Counted from the stretch's first letter, positions 39,886-53,360 are shown. The stretch: DNA of 64,000 nucleotides from Octopus bimaculoides (GCF_001194135.2 NC_068994.1:42698032-42762031); one strand, 5' to 3'. Notes: generated by a model not told the origin, from the sequence alone. Numbers and translations are program-made.

Positions 39886-40045
39886 GAAAGATGTAGATAG
39901 AGTAAGAAGGAAAAAAGACTTTACAATTTATTAAGTGAACATGGTTGATATAAACACTTTCCCTCTCCTCATACGCATAAAGTGAAATATAGTCACACAC
40001 ATAAACAGAGTGAGAGAGGGGGAAGAGAGAGAATGGAAGAAACAC

Positions 40046-40733
40046 TGGTTTCAAATTTTGGCACAAGGCTAGCAAGCTCATGGCAGGGGGTGGGGCTAAT
40101 CAATTACATTGCTCAACTGGTATTTATTTCATTGGCTCTCAAAGGATGAAAGGCTGAGTCAAACTCGATTTGAATTTAAACTCAGAACGTAAAAACAGAT
40201 GAAATGCTGCTAATCAGATTGCCCAGTGTGTTAACAATTCTGCCAGCTCATGCTCTTCGGATTAGCAAGAATATTAGTTTCAAATTTTGGCACAGAGCCA
40301 GCAAATTCGAGGGTGGGGATGGGTGCAGGAGTTAAGTCGATTACATAGACCCCAGTGTTCGACTGGTCCTTATTTTATCGATTCCAAAGGGATGGAAAGT
40401 AAAGCCGACCATGGTGGAATTTGAAATCAGAACATCAAGACTGACGAAACACTGCTAAGCATTTCGCTCAGTGTGCTAACAATTCTGCCAGTTCGCCACC
40501 TTAGGATTGGAGAAATATTGTTTTCTAATTTTGGCACAAAGCCAGCAATTTCTGTGGAGAGAGTAAATCAATTACATCAATTCCCCAGTGTTCTAATGGT
40601 ACTTTATTTTAACGACCTTGAAAGGATGGAAAATAAAGTCGACCTCAGTGGAATTTGAACTCAAAATATAAAGTTGGATGAAATGCCACTAAGCATTTTG
40701 CCCATCGTGCTAATGATTCTGCCAGCTTGCCAC
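40046..40733 (-). mobile_element. Head-to-tail trimer of SINE B
   Basis: Units at about 40046-40250, 40274-40500 and 40517-40733. Confidence 0.85.
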
Positions 40734-41351
40734 TTTGAATAGGAGAGGTATTAAAATGACTAATAAATGAGCACAAATTGTGATGCCAAACAGCTGGTCC
40801 CAAAATGATTGTGCTAAAATGTCTCATAATGAATTTCAGGCCTTATGTTGATGTTAGAAACCATTATATTTTTAATATTCTACCAATTATACAATACTAT
40901 TCCTCGCATTGCTTTTCTTCTACCATTAGTTTAACTAGAACATAACATGAAGACAGAATATTCCCAGCATAAAAAATGGTGAGAAACGAAAATACACCAT
41001 AGGAGTAAACCAGAATAAAAATCTTCTAAGACTGTAAGTTTGTTATAACACCAGGAAAAAAAAGGAAAGAGAGAGAGAAAGGGGCAGCTTAAGAAAACTG
41101 ATGTCTAAATCATAGATTTGTTGAGTCTTACAGTGTTATAATGTTCAATAAAGGTGTTAAAGAAAACATTATACAACAGATAGAAAATAGTTGCTGCTTG
41201 AGGAGAAGATAATTATAATTTAGTTTCTTCTGTATATCTAAATATATCTATCTACAACACAAACACACAAACTCACACACACACAGACTCACATGTGCAT
41301 TATTTAAATATATATATCTTTACACACATACATATAGACACATGCATATAT

Positions 41352-41386
<35 letters not shown>

Positions 41387-42127
41387 CACACACACATATA
41401 TACATTTCCTATCTCCAAGCCTCTCTCTTTTGTCTTCAAGAAATAATTACTTTTGACAAATGGCACCAACATAGTAATTTTGTCTGAGGCTAGCAAAGCA
41501 ATGTAGATCATAAGACATCGGCCATGACTTGCAGAAGAATTATTATTGGGGGTTCTAGTTCTTCTAAAGGTCACATTGTAGTCAAAGTTTGACAGGAGGC
41601 CTGAGATTGTTAACATTCACTCCATCGACATAATCAGGTTTTTCTTAGCTCTCTGGAATAACATTTACCGCAACTGTTGCCTCTACAGAGCTATTCAATC
41701 AACAAATTTTCATTTTCTGCACGTTATATATATATATATATATTGTGTGTGAAACTTTTCTAACGTTACTTTTTTTTTTTTTCTGGCTGCTAAGAAAATA
41801 AATTAGATGTTATTGTGTCCTTGCTCCACTCAATTCTTCAAACACAAGCATGGAATGGTAATTATAAGCAGCAATACTTGGAGAAATCCCCTAAAGGACA
41901 TTACAACTCTGATACAGATGTTTGATCCAGAGATTTATTGTGATTTGCATTGATCCAGACTTGAAAAGCCATCTTCCGATAAGTAGATGTAATTTTTATT
42001 GAAAAGCTCAAATACCAATGCTTTCGTTAATTTGTTTCAAGTTATGGCTTCAGTAAAAGCGAACACAACACAGCACAATATAGAGTGAAAAACTCAATAC
42101 TTACTGAATACTGAACACCTGGATTTA

Positions 42128-42159
<32 letters not shown>

Positions 42160-42616
42160 ACAATATGCACACATACATCTGTAAATATATCATGCATAGA
42201 TAGATAGATAGATAGATAGGTTTTCTATTTTAGTTGGTGACCTTTAATAACTGTAGTTTTCAACTTTTTACTACCACAACACACTTTGGCAAATCAATAA
42301 TTATAATGGGGTACACTTAACATTTGATTCCTGAGATTTTGCGGGGTTCTTTTTTTGGTTCAGTCAGGAGAAAACTGTTGTGCCCATGGCCATTACACAC
42401 CATCCAAGACTAGAGAAATAAACATAATAAATGCTGATTTGTAACCCATTTGCCTATGGCTTATTCTATGTTCATGATCATTCTATATATTTTATCAAGT
42501 AATCCAAAAGTAAAAGAATTTTTCTTTGAAACTATGATGCTGCAAACCAAAGTGGTTCATGAACTATAGGTTAATGGATACTGTATTAGAACTTTGTTAT
42601 AATTCTTGGATATAAG

Positions 42617-42768
42617 CACAGGTGCAGTAAGAAGTTTGCTTTATAATCACATGGTCCTGAGTTGAGTCCCACTGCATGGCACCTTGGACAAGTGTCATTG
42701 ACTATAACCTCAGGTTAACCAAAGCCTTATGAGTGGATTTGATAGACAGAAACTGAAAGAACTCCATC

Positions 42769-42831
<63 letters not shown>

Positions 42832-44287
42832 TCAAATGTACAGGATACAAAAGACAAAGATAGGTGAGGGAACGATAGGCAGGTGTATTAATTTGACACT
42901 TGGGAAGAATGAAGAAATCTTTGATGTTTGGAACCTATGCTCTTTGACAGAAAGGGATGAGAGAAAAAAAATGGAGAGAGAAAAAAAAAACAGAGTGTAA
43001 GCACCCTGAGAGAAATGTTGGATTTAAGAAGCATCAAATGTGGTGTGCAAGAGAGTCGACTACTCTGGTGTAGTCATGTGTTGCGAATGAATGAGGACAG
43101 CTGTGTGCAAAAGTGTCACACCCTAGCAGTTGAGGGAACCTGTGGAAAAGGTAGACCCAGGAAAATCTGGGATGAGGTGGTGAAGCATGACCTTCAAACA
43201 TTGGGCCTTACCGAGGCAATGACTAGTGACCGGGACCTTTGAAGATATGCTGTGCTTGAGAAGACCCGACAAGCCAAGTGAGACCAAAGCCCATGGCCTA
43301 TGCCAGTGGGTGTAACCAGCCCATTTATGAATACACCTTGTTCATTGGACAATAAACCTTGTTTGTGAAAACCTATTGAGGCAAGTGAAATCAAAATCAA
43401 AATCAAAATTGCTGACGTGGCTGATGACAGCTCCGCCTGATTGGCACTCATGCCAGTGGAATGTTAAAATAACATCCAAACGTGGGGTGTAACCGGCCCA
43501 CTTATGTGTACCCCTCATTCATTGGACAATGAACTTTGCTTGCGAAGACCTATCGAGGCAAGTATAAACAAATCAAAATCACTGACATGGCCGATGACAG
43601 TACTGCCTGATTGGCACTTGTACCAGTGGAACATTAAAAGTATATCCAAGTGTGATCGTTGCCAAGGCCACAGATTGACTCCCGTACCAGTGACACGTGA
43701 AAAGCACCATTCAAGTATGATCATTGCCAGCATCGTCTTACCAGCACATGTGCTGGTGGCACGTAAAAAACAACATTCGAGCGTGCTCGTTGCCAGTGCC
43801 ACCTTTTGAGCATGGTCGTTGCCAGAACCTCCTGACTGGCTCTCATGCTGGTGGCACATAAAAAGCACCCTCTACACTTTTGGAGTGATTGGCATTAGGA
43901 AGGTCATCCAGCTGTAGAAATTTTGCCAAATCAGATTGGAGCCTGGTACAGCCTCTGTCTCACCAGTCCTCAGTCAAACCATCCAACCCATGCCAGCGTG
44001 GAAAGTGGATGTTAAACGACGACGATGATGATGATGATGATATATATGCATGTATATCTATGTGTATATGTTGTTGTGTTTGTGTTTGTCTCCCACCACA
44101 GCTTGACAAGTGGTGTTGCTGTGTTCACATCCCCATAACTTAGTGACTTGGCAAAAGCGACTGATAGAATAAGTAACAGGCTTTAAAAAGATAAGTTCTG
44201 GAGTTGATTTACTTGACTAAAATTCTTCAAGGTGGTGCCTCTGCATGGATGCAATCTAATGACTGAAACAAGTAAAATATAAAAGAT
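42617..44287 (+). mobile_element. SINE A (42617-42775 and 44041-44287) interrupted by an RTE LINE (about 42830-44040)
   Basis: RTE ORF remnant QESRLLWCSHVLRMNEDSCVQKC...GTCGKGRPRKIWDEVVKHDL, then 3' UTR and (GAT)n tail. The SINE head lies before it and the SINE tail after it. Confidence 0.85.
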
Positions 44288-45871
44288 ATAGCCTTGAGGT
44301 TAAGAAGTTTACTTCACAACCACATGAATCTAGTTTCAATCCCACTCTACAGTACTTCAGGTAAGTGTCTTCTACTGTAACCTCAGGTTAACCAATGCAG
44401 TGTGAATGGAATTTAGTTGATAGTAACTCATCATGTTAATGTGAATATGTATGTTTGTGTCTGCATATGTGTGTATGAGTCACAATGTGTATGTTTATTG
44501 GTGTGTGAAGTTACATAGTTTTCTTTCAAATGTGTAAGGTGTCATGTAATGATTCAACTAATAAGTATTGATATAATAATTAATAATTATCAGACTGAAA
44601 TAAGCCCACATTTTTTCACTTTGTTTACTTGCTGAGTCTGGCCAAAGCCAAACTGCTATTTCTCTGCATTGAGAGATCACAGGTTTGGTAATACTGGCAT
44701 GAAATTCTAATCAAATCTTGCAGGAAAGAATCACAAAGCGGATTCTTTAAGCTGAGCCAGCTGGCAGGAGACCTAAGAACAAGAATGTTTCAAAGTGCAG
44801 CAGAATGGGACTGAACTCAAAACCATGTGCTTGCAAAGCAAGTTTGTTAACTACATAGCCATGTTTGCAACTATTATGTCTTAGGAAGAAAATAATATCT
44901 TAACTCATCTCCAAAAGAAAAATGCGCATCAATCAAAGAAGTCAAGTACCTCAGAGCAAGTTCAGATTAATGATGCTTTTAGACATATATCATATGTTGG
45001 TGTTCCCACTATCATGTTTGTGCACCCATTATCATATGTTGATGTGTTAACTTTACAACCATGCCTGCTTCATATACATAAATATATACATATACACACA
45101 CATACGCACATGTATATGTAATATTTGTATATATAGGTGTATGTGTACTAAGAATGGTTGTGAAGTATCAATATTATATAATCTATATTATTCAATCTTT
45201 CTATTATCTATTCTACTTGACTTATTTGGGTTGCCCTCTTTTTACAAGTGTTCTCTCTGTGTCCATTCTTCTTCATCAAAGCAAATATTTACATTGACAT
45301 ATTGGAGGTGTTAGCAGCCATCTTGTGACAACACTTTTATTCAATCAATTAAATTCATAGAAATGACATTTGCAATGGAAATAATAAGTAAATATTAATA
45401 AAAATACTAATAATGAATTCTTTAAAAACCATATTACCCTGAAAATCTTAATGGAGAGGAATATAATTATTGGAAAAAGACGCTTAACATTATTTCTTAT
45501 AAAGGTTAAGATACCAGAAGATAGTCAACTACAAATATTATTTTAATTCTGTGATTCTCAAAGTGTTTCTGATTGCTAAAGACGCTAAAATATGCAATGA
45601 GACATCAACAAAATTATACAGTCTAACAAAGTTTATCCCAGTTACACAAGTATTATGCAACACTTTTTATGAAGGTACACTGAGAGCTGAGCAATTAATG
45701 AGTCTATGAACAATCTCTGGTCTTCATCAGTAAAAATTCCATCACTGGCTTTTATAACTTCAACAACATAAAGTGATTTTGATATCTGATACTTTATTTC
45801 AAGTTTGAAAAGTTTTACTATCTTGTAAAGAGTCTTAGAATCATAAGCAGCTGATCACGATTGCTCTAAAT

Positions 45872-46148
45872 CAGTGGTTTTCAACCATTTTTGCCTATGG
45901 ACCTCTTTGATTCCTATTTTACACTCTACTGGATCTCGATAGCTATTCCATGTGTATAAAAAAATATCCTTCTGTATTTTTATAATTAAATATCATTTGG
46001 AATTGTATAAAAAACTTTTTTTTAATTTTGTGTATTTTTGAAGTATAAGCAATTTATTGCACATAAATTTGAACAACAAAATCTTATATGGAGTCCCAAG
46101 GGTCATATGGACCCCCAAAGGTTATATGGACCCAGTTGAGAACCACTG
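45872..46148. mobile_element. hAT (Charlie-type) MITE
   Basis: TIRs CAGTGGTTTTCAAC / GTTGAGAACCACTG. Flanking 8-mers CTCTAAAT and CTTTGAAT (6/8 match) fit a decayed 8-bp TSD. Confidence 0.85.
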
Positions 46149-47487
46149 CTTTGAATAATGGTAGCACAGCAAAAGAGTGAAGTGGGGTGGCAGGCCACCT
46201 GGGATGATGCTTTTATGGGGGCAGCACTTTTCGGTTTGCTGTATAAGCATGCACAGACTGTATTGCCAAGAGCATGAGTGGCAAACTCAATGACTGCCAT
46301 AGATGGCACACACTTTAGCTATATCACTGCTAAATAAATTGTCTCATAACTCTCAGAAAACAAAAAGTTCGGCAAATTAATTTAATCCAACTTTTCTACA
46401 ACTGAGTACATCTCATACGTTTGTTAGCTGTAGGGCAGAAGCCTCACTGTTGCTTCTGTAGTGGTGATTGCTTTGTATCTAGAACAGAATTGTCCAGAAA
46501 ATCTTCAACATTCAAAAAACGACATTAAAAGTTTAAAGGGAAAATTTGGCTATGGTTTGTCAAGGACCACATGAGAAATATTCGTCCAAAAATGCCTTCG
46601 AAAGAATTTGACTTGCCTCAAATTCGTGGCAAAAATGATGCTGGTGATAATATGAACATGTTACCAGTATCTTCAATACCTGCCACTAAGTCAACTTGAA
46701 CCAAAAGTAATTTTATATTTTTTTAAATAAAATTTCTCGGACATGTTTAATTGACACAACAACTGATAATAGAATTCAATAAAGAGAAGTTTTGCACAAC
46801 TAATAAACTTACTTATAATGAAAAATTTAAAAGAAATGTGGTACCTATAAATAAATCACCTTCAATATCCTGAGAGAATTAAATCTATTTCATTTGCAAA
46901 TGTTACTAGCTATAATGTCAAAGTTCACATTTATAATGATCTTGTATCTCTTCTCATTATTGGAAATGATATTTTACGTTGTAATAAAGAAGGTAATTTG
47001 AGATTAAGAAAGAGCCTTCTACCTTTATCAAAACGTCTGTCCATGAGGTTAATGAATGGGGAACCTCTACACTTACTGACAGGTGTCAACATAAATAAGA
47101 TTTAGCCTAAAGCAACAAGATCACACAAAACACAGAGAATTCATTCAGAAAGATATATAATGTCTTCTAAATGAGAGAATTATTGCAGAGAGCAGAAGTC
47201 ATGGCTTGCTCCAAGTTTTGTTACTAATTAAAAATTAAGGCCAAGCTTATTTGTTGACTATTCAAGACAAATTAATACTTTAAGCATGATACATTCCCAA
47301 TGTCACTGATTGATTATCTCCTATGATATGTTGCTTAAAATTTCAGTTTTCTCTATTGTTAATCATTATAGCGCTTATCCTCTGGTTCTTTTATTTTCTG
47401 GAGAATATCATTTGATAACAGTTGAAGCACTAGAAATGAAAATGAAAAGCAAAAATTTTACAAAATCACCAGACATAGTCATAGGAG

Positions 47488-47945
47488 AGGCTGTGTGGTA
47501 AATAGCTTGCTTACCAACCACATGGATCTGGGTTCAGTCCCACTGCGTGGCACCTTGGGCAAGTGCCTTCTACTGTAGCCTCGTGCCGACCAAAGCCTTG
47601 TGAGTGGATTTGGTAGATGGAAACTGAAAGAAGCCCATCGTATATATGTATATATACATGTGTTTGTGTTTGTGTTTGTGTTTGTGTTTGTCCTCCCCCC
47701 CCCCCCNNNNNNNNNNNNNNNNNNNNNNNNNNNNNNNNNNNNNNNNNNNNNNNNNNNNNNNNNNNNNNATCGCTTGACAACTGATGCTGGTGTGTTTACG
47801 TCCCCGTAACTTAACGGATCGGCAAGAGAGGCCGATAGAATAAGTACTAGGCTTACAAAGAATAAGTCCTGGGGTCGATTTGCTCGACTAAAGGCAGTGT
47901 TCCAGCATGGCCACAGTCAAATGACTGAAACAAGTAAAAGTATAA
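47488..47945 (+). mobile_element. SINE family A, young copy spanning an N gap
   Basis: Head and tail well preserved, with CpGs. Confidence 0.85.
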
Positions 47946-48132
47946 AAGCGACTTTCTTTTGCATGAACAAAACAACATACTTTCATTCAAGCAAATCTTT
48001 TATACTGTTACCATTATTGGAACAGTCATTTTAGTATACAGGTGCAGGCATGGCTGTGTGGTAAGAAGTTTGATACCGAACCACATGGTTCTCGGTTCTG
48101 CCCCATTGCGTGACACCTTGGGTAAGTGTCTA

Positions 48133-48576
48133 GACTGAAAGGGCTGAAGACAAATACTTTTCTCTTTGGCCTACCCCTCATCAACTTTATCAGATACCAT
48201 CTGAAAAGGAAAGTGAAGGTTGAGAGAGAAGTGCTGACTTTCAGCAAATTTGTTGGAAGGTGGATGAATATGGTGAAGATGGTCTGTGTCAACGGACCTA
48301 CTTTGAGCATGCGCTTTTGTGTTTTCCAAGCTGAGAGAGAGAGAGAGAGGAAGATGGGGAGAGGGCTATTGCCCAAGTAGTTGTGGCGCTTGTAGATTTT
48401 TCGTGGGGTCTCCTTGAGTAGTCCAGGGTTGCTTACCTCTTTTGTGCATTTTCTTTTGTTAAATTTTTCATTGTTATTGACTTTTTACATGACACATGAT
48501 GTAACCCCACTATGTCCTTCATGTTTTGCAATGTCCAATCTTATTTTTGTCGGCCCTTGTGGTTAATAAAGAGAGG

Positions 48577-48640
<64 letters not shown>
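48133..48640 (+). mobile_element. 5'-truncated Tx1/L1-like LINE 3' end
   Basis: RLKGLK...LINFIRYHLKRKVKVEREVL...FVGRW, T-rich 3' UTR, AATAAA at 48565-48570 and (ATT)n tail at 48577-48638. Follows a SINE A head (48037-48132). Confidence 0.55.
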
Positions 48641-48641
<1 letters not shown>

Positions 48642-48900
48642 TTATATTATCATTTTGTTCATCATATACATGTGCATGTGTATTTGTCATTATAGTTTTG
48701 CTTTGTAATTAAATATAAAGTGTTGTTTTCGAAATATATATTAAATAAGCCTTAATCTTCATGCATGTCTTTTGGTNNNNNNNNNNNNNNNNNNNNNNNN
48801 NNNNNNNNNNNNNNNNNNNNNNNNNNNNNNNNNNNNNNNNNNNNNNNNNNNNNNNNNNNNNNNNNNNNNNNNNTATATATATATATATATATATATATAT

Positions 48901-49130
48901 GCATAAAAGACACCATTACGAGCGTGGCCGTTTTCGTGCGGGTGACACGTAAAAGCACCCACTACACTCTCTGAGTGGTTGGCGTTAGGAAGGGCATCCA
49001 GCTGTAGAAACTCTGCCAAATTAGACTGGAGCCTGGTGTTACCATCCGGTTTCACCAGTCCTCAGTCAAATCGTCCAACCCATGCTAGCATGGAAAGCGG
49101 ACGTTAAACGATGATGATGATGATGATGAT
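48901..49130 (+). mobile_element. 5'-truncated RTE LINE tail abutting (TA)n
   Basis: Matches 3467-3623 and includes a GGTGACACGTAAAAGCACC module. Confidence 0.85.
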
Positions 49131-50520
49131 ATGCAGAGAGAGAGAGAGAGAGAACAGGTTTCTTTCAGTTTCCATGTATCAAATCTACTCAAAATGCTTT
49201 TCTTTGCTCAGGGCTATGGTTGAAGACACTTGCCCAATTTTCCATGCAATGGGATTGAACCCAAAACCGTGCGTCCATACATGTGTGTGTGTGTGTGTGT
49301 CTGTGATTGTGTCTGTGTGTGTGTATGTATGTATATGTGTTTGTGTGTGTATCTGCATGCTTGTGTGAGTGTGTGTGTTCATATATACATATATATTTAT
49401 ATATATATTTATATTTAATACATATATATTTACATATATATATATGTATATTTATATTTAATATACACACACACATATATAAACTCAGGCTGATGCACAC
49501 ATATTTATATATGACATAAATACATGTGTTTGAGAGCATATATACAAATATGTTTATATATATATGTACCTAACTATCATTATGTGTGTATATATGTATT
49601 TATGTATATGTCATATATGCAAATGCATGAACCCTGTATCTGAATTAATATATGCATATACATGCGTATATACAAATATATCTATATCTATCTATCTGTC
49701 TATCTATATATATATATTTATGCACACATACAGATAATCCTGAATATTATAGACATATAATTACATAGACTAATGGAAGAAAACTGATAGATAGACAGAT
49801 GGACAGGCGGTTGAATAGTTCTCGGAAACTCGTGCCAAATTTTGGTTGTTTCCAAATTATTGATTTTTGTCCAAACATTTCTGTGATGGGTGTTGGCAGT
49901 GTATCAAGGGAGATAAACGGTGCTGAACACAATGACCATTTTATAAAAATTACATTCACAGCAGCCAAGTAAAATGAAAACATTGAACTGGTATTAGTTA
50001 ACCCCTTGTCACAATAAGGCTGTAAAGGTTTTTGTTCCTGTTAATCGATGGACACATCTCTGATTTCAAGGGAGCATGATGATTTGGATGAAAGTATCAG
50101 TGACTCATTCATCAGTAATAAGATAGCCGCTACTAATCTAAGGCTAGGAGAGCCGAGAAGCAGTCACTTTAGCCATTCAGTCACATACTTGTAATAAATA
50201 AGATTAATTCTCTGATCCAAATTGAATAAAATATCCCCCACCAAAAAAAATGAAGAAAATGTTTTTGTTGCAGTGACATGTAAATACATTGTATCAAGTT
50301 AATAAATAGTTCGATAAAATATAAAGAAATAAAGAAATAAAAATTTTAAAATACTGACTTCTGTAAAGTTGTCAAAACTTTCCAACTCTAATAAATCATT
50401 TATTCTATTTAATTTATCGCTATAGAATTATTCTTTTCCAATTACTTAATTATATTTAGTATTCGTTAATTTACTTTCCATGTTTTGATTTTATCTTTCT
50501 TTCCTTCCTTGAGCCCGCAG

Positions 50521-50552
50521 CTCCTGGTGGAATAACAGGGGTGCTGCCTTTG
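50521..50552 (+). CDS. Candidate small internal exon (unverified)
   Basis: Long pyrimidine tract ending CCCGCAG|, GC-rich 32 nt, donor TTG|GTATTT. Confidence 0.2.
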
Positions 50553-50739
50553 GTATTTAAGCCTTGGGAAGCCCATTCATCTCTAGGCCTGTGCATATCC
50601 AATTTATTTATTTATTTGAAAGAAATAAAGCGATAGAGAGAAAGAAAGAGATATATGAGAAAAATTCACACTGTGCTTGAGTGCAACTTTATTTATCAAC
50701 CCAACCAACCTTGAAACAATGTTAGGAAAACTAAGGGAA

Positions 50740-50955
50740 GTGTGCTGGTGGAACTGTTAGCACTGCAGGTAAAATGCTTAGCAGCATTTCGTCTGTCTTG
50801 ATGTTCTGTCATCAAATGCCACTGAGATCGATTTTTGCCTTTCGTCCTTTTGAGGTCAATGAAATTAGTACCAGTCAAGCACTGGGGTTGATGTCATTGA
50901 CTTAAATTCCTCCCTGTTACTGGTGGCCCAGAGCCAAAATTTGAAATTAGTATTA
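50740..50955 (+). mobile_element. SINE family B
   Basis: AAATGCTTAGCAGCATTTCGTCTG...AGTACCAGTCAAGCACTGGGG...CCAAAATTTGAAATTAGTA. Confidence 0.75.
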
Positions 50956-51286
50956 GGAAAACTAACCTCGGTAGGATTTCAGCTCAGAATGTAGTGTTCC
51001 GTAATGGATACTGAAAAGAATTCTATTCCAATACTAATAACTTTGCCAACCAGTAGACAGGTTTATTTCTTGCCCTGATCCACTCCTTATGGGAAGAGGG
51101 TAGACATTGACTGATTCAGTTTGTCAACATACCAGGTTCAATGTTTTAGGAGTAGAGAGCTCAGTTGTCGAAGGAACCAAGAACCAACCAAGGAATTCAT
51201 CATCCTCAACACCACCACTACCACCACCACCACCACTACTACCACCACCAACACAACCATCACCATCACCACTACCACCACCACCC

Positions 51287-51317
<31 letters not shown>

Positions 51318-51545
51318 TTAATGCTTGCATGGGTCATTAGAGGCATATTTACAATGGATGGATACCCTTTCTATCACCCCACTCTCACCTGTTTCCAAGC
51401 AAGGAAATATTTATCTATGACCAGGTTTCAGTTTCTGTCTACAAAATCCACTCACAAGGTTTTGGTCGGCCCAAGGTGCCATCCAGTGAGACTGAACCCA
51501 GAACCATGTGGTTGGTAAGCAATTTAATTACCACACAGTCACTAC

Positions 51546-51581
<36 letters not shown>

Positions 51582-51711
51582 TGAGTATATATATTTTAAT
51601 TGGCAGAATGTTCTTTACAAACATAACTATGGGCCATTTAGTCACTTCTGTAACTTACTGCCAATTATAAGGTAAATGGATGTTGTATATGTATGCATAT
51701 GTGTGTGTATG

Positions 51712-51751
<40 letters not shown>

Positions 51752-51790
51752 GTATGTATGTATATACATATGTATGTATGTGTGTGTGTA

Positions 51791-51821
<31 letters not shown>

Positions 51822-52081
51822 TATGCAAACATATATTAAGAAGCCCTAGTTTTAAATTTGACTCTACCCTAAATACTGTGACCCCATGAGTAAGTGTTGT
51901 GCTGTTATTCATAAATAATTTTGTTTTAACCCCTTACTTTCCACATATATTTATATGCACACATAGTTTAAATTGGAATTCCCTAAAGCATTTAAATGAC
52001 ATAAAACTTTTTATATTATTGAGTTCATTATAATTTTGTTTTAAATATTTTTACTGCAATCTTTGCTATTTTGCATGGAAC

Positions 52082-52122
<41 letters not shown>

Positions 52123-52503
52123 NNNNNNNNNNNNNNNNNNNNNNNNNNNNNNNNNNNNNNNNNNNNNNNNNNNNNNNNNNNNNNNNNNNNNNNNNNNNNN
52201 NNNNNNNNNNNNNNNNNNNNNNNNNNNNNNNNNNNNNNNNNNNNNNNNNNNNNNNNNNNNNNNNNNNNNNNNNNNNNNNNNNNNNNNNNNNNNNNNNNNN
52301 NNNNNNNNNNNNNNNNNNNNNNNNNNNNNNNNNNNNNNNNNNNNNNNNNNNNNNNNNNNNNNNNNNNNNNNNNNNNNNNNNNNNNNNNNNNNNNNNNNNN
52401 NNNNNNNNNNNNNNNNNNNNNNNNNNNNNNNNNNNNNNNNNNNNNNNNNNNNNNNNNNNNNNNNNNNNNNTTTTACTGCAATCTTTGCTATTTTGCATGG
52501 AAC

Positions 52504-52543
<40 letters not shown>

Positions 52544-52559
52544 TATGACACAAAATGAA

Positions 52560-53360
52560 TATATGAAGATATGAGGCCTCTGCAACATCAGTGTGCATGA
52601 ATAGCAAAGAACAAATGTGTTGAGAAAAAAGTTGGGCACAAGAGGAATCAAATGAGTGTGCAAGAGAGGAAACTATGTTTATTTTGGACATGTGATGCAT
52701 ATAAATGAAGACAGCTGTATAAAGAAATGCTGGTCACTGAAAGTGCATGGTACCTGTGGAAGAGGGAGACCCAGGAAGACATGGGATGAAGTGCTGAGGA
52801 CTGATCTCAGGATGTTGGGGCTCATGCAGGAAGTGACAATGGGCCAAGATATCTGGCAATTTGAAGTTCTAGAGAAGACCCTCTCCCTCTCTCTCTGGCT
52901 GGGTAACCACGTACCTTCTCTACAGCAAGACACCGGCTTCTGTCTCTCTGTCTCCCTGTCACTCTGTCACTCTCTTAACTTTCATCATCTGACACAAGAT
53001 CCCTTCCTCCAATGCCCCCTCCTTTCCCAAAGGATCTTTATCTTGCAAGCTAATTGGTAACCCTGCCAGTGCTGGTGCCACGTAAAAAGCATTCAGTCCA
53101 CACTGTTAAGTGGTTGGCATTTGAAAGGGCACCCAGCTGTAAAAACCATGCCAAAACTGACCTCGCCTGCTCTGGTACCACATAAAAAAGCAGTCAGTCC
53201 ACTCTGCAGGGTGGTTGGTGTTAGGAAGGGAATCCAGCCATAAAAAGCATACCTAAACAGACATAGAAGTCTGGTGCAGTCTTCAGCTTAGCCAGCTCCT
53301 GTCAAACTGTCCAACCCATGCCAGCATGGAAAGTGGACATTAAACGATGATGATGATGAA
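52560..53360 (+). mobile_element. RTE LINE 3' portion (ORF2 C-terminus plus 3' UTR)
   Basis: YFGHVMHINEDSCIKKCWSLKVHGTCGRGRPRKTWDEVLRTDLRMLGL, followed by a 3' UTR and (GAT)n tail. Confidence 0.85.

Noticed and set aside
40046-40733. CRISPR-like repeat-spacer array
   Set aside because: Units are SINEs of more than 200 bp in eukaryotic DNA, with no cas genes.
41320-41616. Minus ORF MLTISGLLSNFDYNVTF...
   Set aside because: No recognisable motif or splice boundaries, and it ends in a microsatellite.
52047-52536. Exact duplicate TTTTACTGCAATCTTTGCTATTTTGCATGGAACTTTG(TG)n on both sides of a gap
   Set aside because: Identical sequence flanking an N gap is a typical unmerged contig overlap.
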